Below are positions 42,176 to 52,505 of a DNA stretch of 64,000 bases, in pieces (positions within the stretch are counted from its first letter, which is position 1; every line of letters starts with the position of its first letter). The translations under genes were made by a program, and so were the position numbers. This DNA comes from Lingula anatina (Eukaryota; Animalia; Brachiopoda). Location of the stretch: assembly GCA_051362555.1 (NCBI GenBank), contig CM120647.1:9052001-9116000 (forward strand). The letters run 5' to 3'. Below the pieces are notes generated by a model, which worked only from the letters and a program-made list of their open reading frames with translations, searched no databases and had not been told where the DNA came from.

Positions 42176-43750
42176 AGGTAGGTCAAGGGTCAATTTCAAG
42201 GTCACAGTAAATTGCCAGTATATGACTTCCTATTCAAGTTCAAGAGTAACTATGGACCTATCTCTGTCAAGTTTGAAGTTAAAAGAGAAAGAAATTAGCA
42301 GAGTTCAGTTCATGATAAAAAGTAGGTCAAAGGTCAATTTCAAGGTCACATTTAGATTGCCAGTATATGACTTTCTATTCAAGTTCAATAGTAACTATGG
42401 ACCTATCTCTGCCAGTTTTGGAGATAAAAGGGAAGCAAAATTTGCAAAGTTCAGTTTATGGTGAAAAGTAGGACAAAGGTCAATTTTAATGTCACATTTA
42501 TAATGCCAGTATATGACTTCCTATTCAAGTTCAATAGTAACTACGGACCTATCTCAGCCAGTTTTGGAGATAAAAGGGAAGCAAAATTTGCAAAATTCAG
42601 TTTATGGTGTAAAGTAGGTCAAAGGTCAATTTTAAGGTCACATTTAGATTGCCAGTATATGACTTCCTTTTCAAGTTCAATAGTAACTATGGACCTATCT
42701 CTGCCAGTTTTGAAGATAAAAGGAAAGCAAAATTTGCAAAATTCAGTTCATGGTGAAAAGTACGACAAAGGTCAATTTCAAGGTCACATTTAGATTGCCA
42801 GTATATGACTTCCTATTCAAGTTCAATAGTAACTATGGACCTATCTCAGCCAGTTTTGGAGATAAAAGGGAAGCAAAATTTGCAAAATTCAGTTCATGGT
42901 GAAAAGTAGGTCAAAGGTCAATTTCAAGGTCACATTTAGATTGCCAGTATATGACTTCCTATTCAAGTTCAATAGTAACTATGGACCTATCTCTGCCAGT
43001 TTTGGAGATAAAAGGGAAGCAAAATTTGCAAAGTTCAGTTTATGGTGAAAAGTAGGTCAAAGGTCAATTTTGAGGTCACATTTAGATTGCCAGTATATGA
43101 CTTCCTATTCAAGTTCAATAGTAACTACGGACCTATCTCAGCCAGTTTTGGAGATAAAAGGAAAGCAAAATTTGCAAAATTCAGTTCATGGTGTAAAGTA
43201 GGTCAAAGGTCAATTTTAAGGTCACATTTAGATTGCCAGTATATGACTTCCTATTCAAGTTCAATAGTAACTACGGACCTATCTCAGCCAGTTTTGGAGA
43301 TAAAAGGAAAGCAAAATTTGCAAAATTCAGTTCATGGTGTAAAGTAGGTCAAAGGTCAATTTTAAGGTCACATTTAGATTGCCAGTATATGACTTCCTAT
43401 TCAAGTTCAATAGTAACTATGGACCTATCTCTGCCAGTTTTGGAGATAAAAGGGAAGCAAATTTTGCAAAGTTCAGTTTATGGTGAAAAGTAGGTCAAAG
43501 GTCAATTTTAAGGTCACATTTAGATTGCCAGTATATGACTTCCTATTCAAGTTCAATAGTAACTATGGACCTATCTCTGCCAGTTTTGGAGATAAAAGGG
43601 AAGAAAAATTTGCAAAGTTCAGTTCATGGTGAAAAGTAGGTCAAAGGTCACTTTCAAGGTCATAGTAAGATTGCCAGTATATGACTTCCTATTCAACTTC
43701 AATAGTAACTATGGACCTATCTCTGCCAGTTTTGGAGATATAAGGGACTA
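42176..43750. repeat. 146-bp satellite array, about 11 monomers
   Basis: AGTAGG(T/A)CAAAGGTCA recurs at 42321, 42467 and 42613 (period 146). Central units are highly homogeneous. Confidence 0.95.
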
Positions 43751-44644
43751 AATGTTATAATTTTGGAGTTACCATAATGTGCCTTAAATTTCGTACAGAA
43801 AAAATTAATTAAAATAAAGAAAATGTCATTTTGGTCAAAATTCTTGAAATAGGAGGTGCTCTGAAGTTTCAGAAGTTCAAATTTGATGAAATAATGTCAT
43901 TTTTGAACACAAGTTGTCTGCTTTGCCAAGCCTTATGTTTTATTTTTCCAGAGTTCAAAATTTATTATCCATTACCGTACTTCACATTTTGCTTTTACCA
44001 CCAATATGTACTTTTTGATACAGCGTAACTCGAAAACCGTATGGAATACAAAAAAACCGAGACCACCTCCAGTGTTGGGCTTTACATGCTCTACAAAATG
44101 CAAAAAAGAATGGGTCTCTAGCATTAACGGTTCCCGAATTAGAGATAGTTTTCAGTTTCGGTATCTTATGGCCGCTACTCCCGTGAAAAAGCACCGATTG
44201 ACCCCAAATTCATGGAGATGAAAGATGACCTGAAGGGTAACACCTTCCAATAATATTATTGGTTAAGTCTGTGTGGTGTCTGAATAACAGGGCAAAAAAT
44301 TTTTTTTTCGTAAAAAATTTCATTTTTTTGAAAATTTTGGCCCATTTGACCTTGAAGTAAAGGTCAAAGGTCAAATCCAAGGGTATATTTGAAATCTACA
44401 CATATGACTTTTGGAAAGCCGTCTATAGAAATTTTTCCCATAACTCCTTCCGTAGGGTAGATAATTAGCATTTAATTTTGCCATTTTTAGACAAGGGTGC
44501 ATTGCAATGAGTGCCACACCCAGAACCCAATACCGACAAAGCCCAAATTTTACGTGGAACAAGTTGAGATTATAGGTGACCTAAATCCATGAGATGGGTA
44601 CGGGGGCCCTTACCGTCTAGGAGGAGAAGCGGTAACGGTAGCCG

Positions 44645-44700
44645 TCCGGCGGAGCCGGCGGAGCCAACGGAGCCGGCGGAGCCGGCGGAGCCGGCGGAAC
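44645..44700. repeat. 9-bp GCCGGCGGA minisatellite within the HINE (also 50395-50468)
   Basis: Seen directly. It occupies the usual HINE microsatellite position. Confidence 0.9.
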
Positions 44701-45590
44701 GATCCGGACGGGACCGAAACCATGTGTACCGCCAGCGCTAACGCTGGTGGTACAATAATATAATACCAAAAGCACTGACTGACTCTCAAATAGAAGTATT
44801 TTATCCGTCTCCTAGAAGCTGCTGAATACGATAAATAATTGCAGCTTAGTTCATTGGATAGGGTCTCCAGGCCATGCGGACCTTAATATCCGGATCTCTC
44901 GTTTTTATGTAATAGCACAATAGTCAGCGCAAAAATGCAAATCAAGGGAATTACCAGAAAATGAAATTTGTGCTTCGCAGATTTTCTGTATTCTTACTGG
45001 TTTATTGAAGCAGTCATGCTTTGCACTGGATGGAAAGCGTTGAACCTTAAATATTGGTTTTGTCATTTCTTGGATTTTTTTCTGTGTGAGCCCCAGTTGG
45101 ACTTCATTCAATTTTCTTTGTTAATCATTTTTAATTCTTACACTTCTTACTTTTTGTTTGATGCAAAAAAGCCTTATTCTATTGATTGTCCACAACAACT
45201 GAAAGAATTTTTTGAAAGCAACTCTATAGTAAAGTATATGTGATTCCAAATCTGCATTGTTTTTTTTCTGCTTTTTTTCAATCTACATATTCACACTTAC
45301 ATATTTGTAGTACTTTAAATTACAAATTGCATTTAATTGATAACAAAATCACCATAATAACAAAAAAATTCAATTCAAAGCATGAGATGAACCTATTAAA
45401 ACATTTTCAGGAGAATTTTTTCATTATGATCTTAGTATGAACATGTGCACCAGAGATCAGGCCCTAACTCAATCTCGCTGCCTTTTATATACTTTGTAGG
45501 GTTGACAGGTATCACAAACAGTGTCATTGCATGTTACAATTATAAAATCATGGCATGTTAAGAAAGATATATGTAAAGGCATTAGACTTT

Positions 45591-45837
45591 GGGCTTGTTC
45601 CCAATGAAAATATCGATCTATGCAGATCGATCCAACTCTGTGGAGACTCTTGCTAAAAGCAATCAGATTAATACACCTCCTCCTGAAGTTGAGTTGAAAA
45701 GAGAAAAGCTGATAATCATACAAATAAATTTGGAAAGGAAAGGAGGCATGTTAACCTGTTAAACTGATTACATTCAGCAAGTCCCCATGGAGTTCCGTCA
45801 TTCTACAAAGAATGATAGTTCCATTGGAAACGAGCCC
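45591..45837. mobile_element. Degenerate Harbinger-type palindromic MITE
   Basis: TIR GGGCTTGTTCCCAATGAAA / TTCCATTGGAAACGAGCCC. The termini are shared with 52429-52505 and the interior resembles 14008-14488. Confidence 0.65.
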
Positions 45838-45986
45838 CTTGTTACACAAGTCATAATATCTTAATGCTCAGGATTGTTCTCTATTAGTGTCACGCTATGG
45901 TAATCAATCTCCCTCATGTAACACTACCTATACTATTATATAGTTCAAACTTTCACTGCTAAATAAGTTAACAGACAGGAAGGCAT

Positions 45987-46014
45987 ATGCAAATTTATGC
46001 AAATGTATGCAAAT
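45987..46014 (+). promoter_or_regulatory. Three octamer motifs ATGCAAAT at 10-bp spacing
   Basis: ATGCAAAT-TT-ATGCAAAT-GT-ATGCAAAT. Function not shown. Confidence 0.45.
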
Positions 46015-47385
46015 TAAAGGGGGTTCTTCTTTTATTGATTTATTTGAATATGTCACACAAGATAAATATATATTTATTCATATTGTAAATAAATGTTTAT
46101 AAATTATTAAGGGATGATGCAGAGTTGGACTAGAAAACAATGTGTTTATAGAAAGTTCATAATTTACAAACAAAAACATGAAAACCCATTCAATCATGCT
46201 GGATTTTGCACTTGAGCTTAAAAATCATTCCTGGAAGTCTGAGAATAATGAGTACTCTGAAGTGCCGAATAAGAGTGCCTACCGGAATAACAGTGCCCCC
46301 CGGAAAACTTTCCAAAATTAATAACAGTGCCTAGCGGAATAACTGTGCCCCCTGGAAAAATTCCCGATATTTAATAACAGTGCCTAGCGGAATAACTGTG
46401 CCCCCCGGAAAATTTTATCAATTTTGATAATTTCAATGAATAATTGTAATGGCAATTTTAAATTATATTCAAATCTGGAAAAATTATGTTTATTAAACAT
46501 AAAAAAACACAATATCTAGACAAATTTACCTTTGATTTTATACACATAGTTTAACATATTTTAACTATTTAGAGTAATCTCTATCACCAAGCTCCCCTGG
46601 AAAATTTTTTCAATCGAGGTGCAATTTGGTGCATTTTAGGGAATTTATGTAATTTTTTTTTACATCTTATGTGTCACTGAATTGTCTTGTTTTAGATGTT
46701 TTGAGGAATTAATTTAGTAATGACATAACAAAGGTTTAGACAAAATTTATTTCCCTGTCTATGCATTCACTCAGTTTAGTCAATCTTGAAGTTTAAGGTT
46801 CAGCAGCAGCAGTTCCTATAATGCTAATTTAAACTTTCAAAAATTATAGAACATACTATTTCAAAAAAAAAAAAAAAATTAACTACTTTAATACTTACAG
46901 GAATCAAGAAAAGGGGCTTCCTATATTGAATTATTTTTGGATTGACCAAAAAGTTGATATAATATGTTGTTCTTACCATTTTTCACCTTTCTGAAAGTAA
47001 CTTTGCGTGTGGGAGCGCTTCATCCTTAAATAAAACTGCGGCAAAAAATGTTCTCTCCTGTCGTTCAGCGCAAAGCGACTCCCGCTACTAATTATACGTA
47101 GTTTGAGATGTAATTTATAATCAACAACTTCAAACACCGTGAAATGAATTTTTCAGAATTAAAGAGATTAAAATCACACTTATCACCAATTTGAGTTCTT
47201 CGTTTGTTCATTTATATGATTCTATTCAGTGATGGAAATTCATATTCAATGCACACGAAATACTGACGTGACCCAGTTTTACAACGCTACTGCTTTCACA
47301 AAACTAACCCGTAAATCAGTAAAAAATCTTCTCCAAATTTATAAAATCAACAAAGTGCACTTAATTTTCTCCATTTTTATCAGTG

Positions 47386-50300
47386 AACTAGAGGATCAGA
47401 GAGGCGATACCGCCTCCAGATATTGTACCACCAGCTGGAGTAAGCGCATTCGTATGGACCCCCCCCCCCCTCCTAAAAGGGACACCATCACCAGTCTGGT
47501 GTTTGACAAGCTCTATAAGATGCAATCAACAAGAGTTCTCAAAATATGCAAAAAATATAACTAAAAATGATACAATCAAGCAGATTTTCAAATTGACTTG
47601 CATTTTCCTACCCTTGCTCACTACTGTATTCTCTAGACAAAAGGCCTATTGGTTTTCCTTGAAATGTGTTGTCAATGGTGCATATATGCTGACAAAAGAG
47701 AAAACCTAGGGGAAACAATGGGCACATCTCTGCTAGATTTCAAGATATGAGAGGCAAGAAAATATGCAAAGCTCAGTTCATGGTGAAAAAGTAGGTCAAA
47801 GGTCAATTTCAATATCATAGTATATGAATTTCTATTCAAGTTCAATAGCAACCATGGACATTTCTTTGCCAATTTTGCAGATTTAAAGGCCAGAAAACAT
47901 GCAAAAAGCAGTTCATCATAAAAAGTAGGTCAAAGGTCAATTTCAAGGTCACAGATTGCTAGTGTATTACTTCCTATTCAAGTTCAATAGTAACTATGGA
48001 CCTATCTGTCAGTTTTGAAGATAAAGGTGAACGAAAATTTGCTAAGTTCAGTTCATAGTAAAAGGAAGGTCAAAGGTCAATTTAAATGTCACAGTAAATT
48101 GCCAGTTCATGACTTCCTATGTAAGTTCAATAGTAACTATGGACCTATCTCTGCCAGTTTTGGAGATTAAAGGGAACAAAAATTGGCAAAGTTCAATTCA
48201 TGGTGAAAAGTAGGCCAAAGGTCAATTTTAAGGTCACTGATTAATTGCCAGTATGTGACTTCCTATTCAAGTTTAATAGTGACTATGGACCTATTATGGG
48301 CGGCGGTTTATACAAAAATGCAAAACACGATTAGTCGTCATCGTTATCAGATCAGTCGAAATGAAAACACGATTAGTCGTCGTCGTTATCAGATCAGAAG
48401 GCAAAATACGACTAGTAGTCGTCAAAACGCAACTAGTCATCAAAACGCAACTTGTCATCATCAAAACGCAACTAGTCATCATCAAAATGCAACTTGTCAT
48501 CAAAACGCGATTTGACGCCAGATGGCGCCCATTGTACGAAAATCTAGGCCAAGTCACATGATCCACAGTGATCAAAATGGCGGACGTTATTGAAGCAGCA
48601 TTATCATATTCCTCGCTCGAACTCGAGAATTATCTCGAGTTCGAGATATTATTATATATATAATATCATTATTAGATTGTACGCGTAGAGATAATTCTCG
48701 AAATAATAAATAATTAGATAATTTATTAAATAATTTGGACATGTTATAAATTTTAAAAAAAACAAAAACACACACTTGTGAAGCACTGCTTTATTGTTGT
48801 ACTCATTTCACAAGTTCCAGATATTATTATATATATAATATCATTATTAGATTGTACGCGTAGAGATAATTCTCGAGTTCGAGCGAGGAATATGATAATG
48901 CTGCTTCAATAACGTCCGCCATTTTGATCACTGTGGATCATGTGACTTGGCCTAGATTTTCGTACAATGGGCGCCATCTGGCGTCAAATCGCGTTTTGAT
49001 GACAAGTTACGTTTTGATGATGACTAGTTGCGTTTTGATGATGACAAGTTGCGTTTTGATGATGACTAGTTGCGTTTTGATGACTAGTTGCGTTTTGACG
49101 ACTACTAGTCGTATTTTGCCTTCTGATCTGATAACGACGACGACTAATCGTGTTTTCATTTCGACTGATCTGATAACGATGACGACTAATCGTGTTTTGC
49201 ATTTTTGTATAAACCGCCACCCATAACCTATCTCTGCCAGTTTTGGATATTAAAGGGAACAAAAATTGGCAAAGTTCAATTCATGGTGAAAAGTAGGTCA
49301 AAGGTCAATTTTAAGGTCACTGTTAAATTGCCAGTATGTGACTTCCTATTCAAGTTTAATAGTGACTATGGACCTATCTCTGCCAGTTTTGGAGATTAAA
49401 GGGAACAAAAATTGGCAAAGTTCAATTCATGGTGAAAAGTAGGTCAAAGGTCAATTTTAAGGTCACTGTTAAATTGCCAGTATGTGACTTCCTATTCAAG
49501 TTCAATAGTAACTATTGACCTATCTCTGCCAGTTTTGGAGATAAAAGGGAACAAAAATTTGCAAAGTTCAGTTCATGGTGAAAAGTAGGTCAAAGGTCAA
49601 TTTCAAGCTCACATCTAGATTGCAAGTAAATGACTTCCTATTCAACTTAAATAATAACTATTGACCTATCTCTGCCAGTTTTGGAGATATAAGGGACTAA
49701 ATGTTACAATTCTGAGTTACAAAAATGTGCCACCACAAAGTACTTTTTAATACAGCATAACACGAAAACCGTATGAAATACAAAAAAACGGAGACCACTC
49801 TCAGTGTTGGGCTTTACATGCTCTACAAAATGCAAAAAAGAACGGGTCGCTAGCATTAACGGTTCCCGAATTAGAGACAGTTTTCATTTTCGGTATTTTA
49901 TGGCCGCTACTCCTGTGAAAATGCACCGATTGACCCCAAATTCACAGAGATGAAAGATGACCCAAAGGGTAACACTTTCCAATATAATTATTGGTTAAGT
50001 CTGTGTAGTGTCTGAATAACAGTGCAAATAATATTTTTTTTCGTAAAAAATTTCATTTTTTTGAAAATTTTGGCCCGTTTGACCTTGAAATAAAGGTCAA
50101 AGGTCAAATCCAAGGGCATATTTGAAATCTACACATATGACTTTTGGAAAGCCGTCTGTAGAAAATTTTCCCATAATTCCTTCCGTAGGGTAGATAATTG
50201 GCATTGAATTTTCAAAAATTTTGACAAGGGTGCATTTCAAGGAGCGTCACGCCCAGGTCAATGTACCGACTGAGACAAAAAAACCTGGGGGTTCAAGTTG

Positions 50301-50530
50301 AGGTTATATGTGACCTAAATCCAAGAGATGGGGACAGGGGTCCTTGCGGTCTAGGAGGAGAAGCGGTAACGGTGACTTGTATCCGGCGCCAGTACGCGGA
50401 GCCGGCGGAGCTTACGGAGCCGGCGGAGCCAACGGAGCCGGCAGAGCCGGCGGAGCCGGCGGAGCCGGACGAGACGGGTCGGGACTAAAACCATGAGTAC
50501 CGCCAGCGTACACGCTGGTGGTACTAATAA
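47386..50530 (-). mobile_element. Non-autonomous Helentron (HINE), copy 2
   Basis: Same termini and core as copy 1 (AACTAGAGGATCAGAGAGGCGATACCGCCTCC...GTACCGCCAGCGTACACGCTGGTGGTAC). Its monomers are fewer and more diverged, and it lacks the ~43785-43998 segment. Confidence 0.85.
48295..49225. mobile_element. Non-autonomous IS3EU-like foldback element (931 bp)
   Basis: TATGGG...CCCATA termini and a 6-bp TSD ACCTAT (48289-94 / 49226-31) splitting a satellite monomer. ~345-bp near-perfect TIRs contain 15/18-bp TCATCAAAACGCAACT repeats. TAY..RTA ends with a 6-bp TSD are the described IS3EU signature. Confidence 0.8.
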
Positions 50531-51945
50531 ACGTAAACTATAAAAACACACAACAGGCGGTCTTAATTTCGGAACATGACGAAGTGACAGAGAAAGTGTA
50601 TTTGTGACGTGACGAAATGTTGTCGAGAGCAGTTGCCTCGTTTCGCTCTGTCTCGTATACTTCAAATAAAGCACAGAACTGCGAAAACGAGGCACTCACA
50701 GGGAGATGGCATACGCGCATGCGTATTTTCGTTACTACTAAATCAAGTGCTCAGAAGCATGGGATTACGTTACAGTATGTAAATAGAATGCCATATTTGC
50801 TTAGAAATAAATATAAATTTCAGTCAGCATGAGTGAAAATATACTTTTTTGTTCCATTCAGCCCAGCGAGGCGGTGCTTTTGACAAATTTTAACGCGGCG
50901 CCTCGCTCTTTATATGCTGGAGAAACACTGCAGCTTTTATTTACGCTAAAAACAAGTTCGAGTGTAGTGCTTGCGACAGGTCATTAATAATTATTAACTT
51001 GTCCAATGAAACGATCATCAACATTTCTGAAACGATCAAAAATATTTCCAACCGGCACAGTGAGTGCCAAATAACCGTGCCGTGTGGAAAATTATTAATC
51101 GTGCCGGGGAGAATAAGATCGTGCCGGGTGGAAAATATCCGGAAAAAAAATAAACGTGCCGGCACGTTTATTTGGCACTTCAGAGTAGCATGTTTTTCTT
51201 CTATTGCGACTATGATCAAAAAAAATTCAGCAGGGTGATGGCTAGATGTCTGTCCATAAAAAAATCAGTGAAAATTGTTCTCCAATTCCAGTGTGGCGAC
51301 TTGGACACCTCATTTTTCATACAAAATAAACAAATTACAGACACATTATCTTCACCACGTTTTTTTTCTAAATGTTTCTAATACTATGATAACCACAACA
51401 CGCAAGTTCCTTCCCAAGAATGCAAAATCCCATTTCAGAACTATCAAATCATCCTTTACACACACACACACACATACTCACACACGCATGGACACACACA
51501 CAAACACACACACACACACACGCAGGCATGTATAATCACCTCATCCAAAGTTACACATGCTCAGTCCTCCAAAATCATGCCGCAATACCCCGTACCTTAT
51601 CATATGCAGTAATGAATATATTCCTTGCTTGATAACAGGACTCCACATTTCCCATTTATTATACAAAAATCTCTTAAAACAGTCACCTTTATTACAACAC
51701 TTCATTGCACCAAAGGAAATTGTAAAACATTACAAAATTAATCTATAGGAAATCAATCCATTTTTCTCCGCCCACTTTTTTCACAGAGGTTGGAGATAAT
51801 CACACAAAACAAGGAAAGTGGATGTAATGCAAATAACAAAAGAGGAAGAGGGATACAGGAAGTGATTATTTCCTTGCCTACGTTATCTCCATATCTAGTA
51901 TCTAATACAAAAAAAGTTGTATTCACCCCCCTCCCATCTGGGTTA

Positions 51946-52138
51946 TAGTCTTGTGGCTGTTTTTTTTTTTTTTTGTTTGTTTGTTTTTGTTTTGTTTTTT
52001 TTTTTCCTACGGATCAAATATTGCAAACACACTTGACAGTGGATTTCTGCCTCCCACGCTCACTGTGTCAGCAGGGGCAAAACTATTATATCTCAGCATG
52101 CTTTCTAGTGGGTGGTGTCATATTTGATGTGTGGACTA
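51946..52138. mobile_element. Academ-like MITE (family A) with T-rich expansion
   Basis: TAGTC...GGATCAAATAT...ATATTTGATGTGTGGACTA with GTTA on both flanks. Confidence 0.55.
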
Positions 52139-52142
52139 GTTA

Positions 52143-52387
52143 GACTGCATTCCCACAGATTTAGATCGACCCATCTGGATTGACCTAACTCCCTGGGGGT
52201 TCACGCTAAATTGCTGTCAGCTCAAGAGGCTTGAACGTCTGTCACGGCTACAGAATCAGCTACGGTAAAGCAAATTACCCCCTAACAGTTTTACTAAGCG
52301 TGACAGACATTTAAGCCGGTCAAGTTGACAGCAATTTAGTGAGACTCCCCAGGGGATAGATCGATCTAAATATCTGTGGGAAAGGTC
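52143..52387. mobile_element. Palindromic Harbinger-type MITE (family B)
   Basis: TTCCCACAGAT...ATCTGTGGGAA termini and inverted arms GCTAAATTGCTGTCA / TGACAGCAATTTAG. Homologous to 27354-27543. Confidence 0.75.
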
Positions 52388-52428
52388 TCTTAGTCAGAGG
52401 ATCAACTATAGTTTTGGATGTGTCCTAA

Positions 52429-52505
52429 GGGCTCGTTCCCAATGAAACTGTTGTTCTATGTAGGATTGATAAACATACGACAATAGTTTTGTTGGGAATG
52501 AGCCC
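52429..52505. mobile_element. 77-bp minimal Harbinger-type MITE
   Basis: TAA|GGGCTCGTTCCCAA ... TTGGGAATGAGCCC|TTA. Confidence 0.7.

Larger units (their letters stand above)
41972..44758 (-). mobile_element. Non-autonomous Helentron (HINE) carrying a satellite array, copy 1
   Basis: On the minus strand, in order: 5' TTATTGTACCACCAGCG with adjacent partial IR (hairpin GTACCGCCAGCG-CTAA-CGCTGGTGGTAC), a 9-bp minisatellite, a unique core, the 146-bp array, the 3' sub-TIR (42007-42021 inverse of 44743-44757), a hairpin GAGGCG-ATAC-CGCCTC and the CTAGTT end. No TSD. Confidence 0.85.
46255..51185. mobile_element. Non-autonomous Tc1/mariner-like element (~1.8 kb without inserts) interrupted by HINE copy 2
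   Basis: TA|CTCTGAAGTGCCGAATAA ... TTATTTGGCACTTCAGAG|TA. Sub-terminal AATAA...GTGCC repeats at both ends. The two ends could belong to separate family members. Confidence 0.55.

Noticed and set aside
42222-43493. Repeated ORFs (MPVYDFLFKFNSNYGPISASFG...)
   Set aside because: They are translations of the 146-bp satellite. The period is not a multiple of 3 and stops recur.
42176-43750. CRISPR-like array
   Set aside because: Monomers are head-to-tail with no unique spacers, there are no cas genes, and the context is eukaryotic.
48255-49262. Mirror-image ORFs with HHQNAT / LMMTSCV repeats
   Set aside because: They are products of the 15/18-bp repeats in the TIR arms of a foldback element.
50261-50488. 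ORF with EPAEPAEP repeat
   Set aside because: It is the translation of the HINE 9-bp minisatellite. No equivalent ORF is called in copy 1.
50860-50930. hAT-like end GGAGAAACACTG
   Set aside because: No partner terminus or TSD found in the window.
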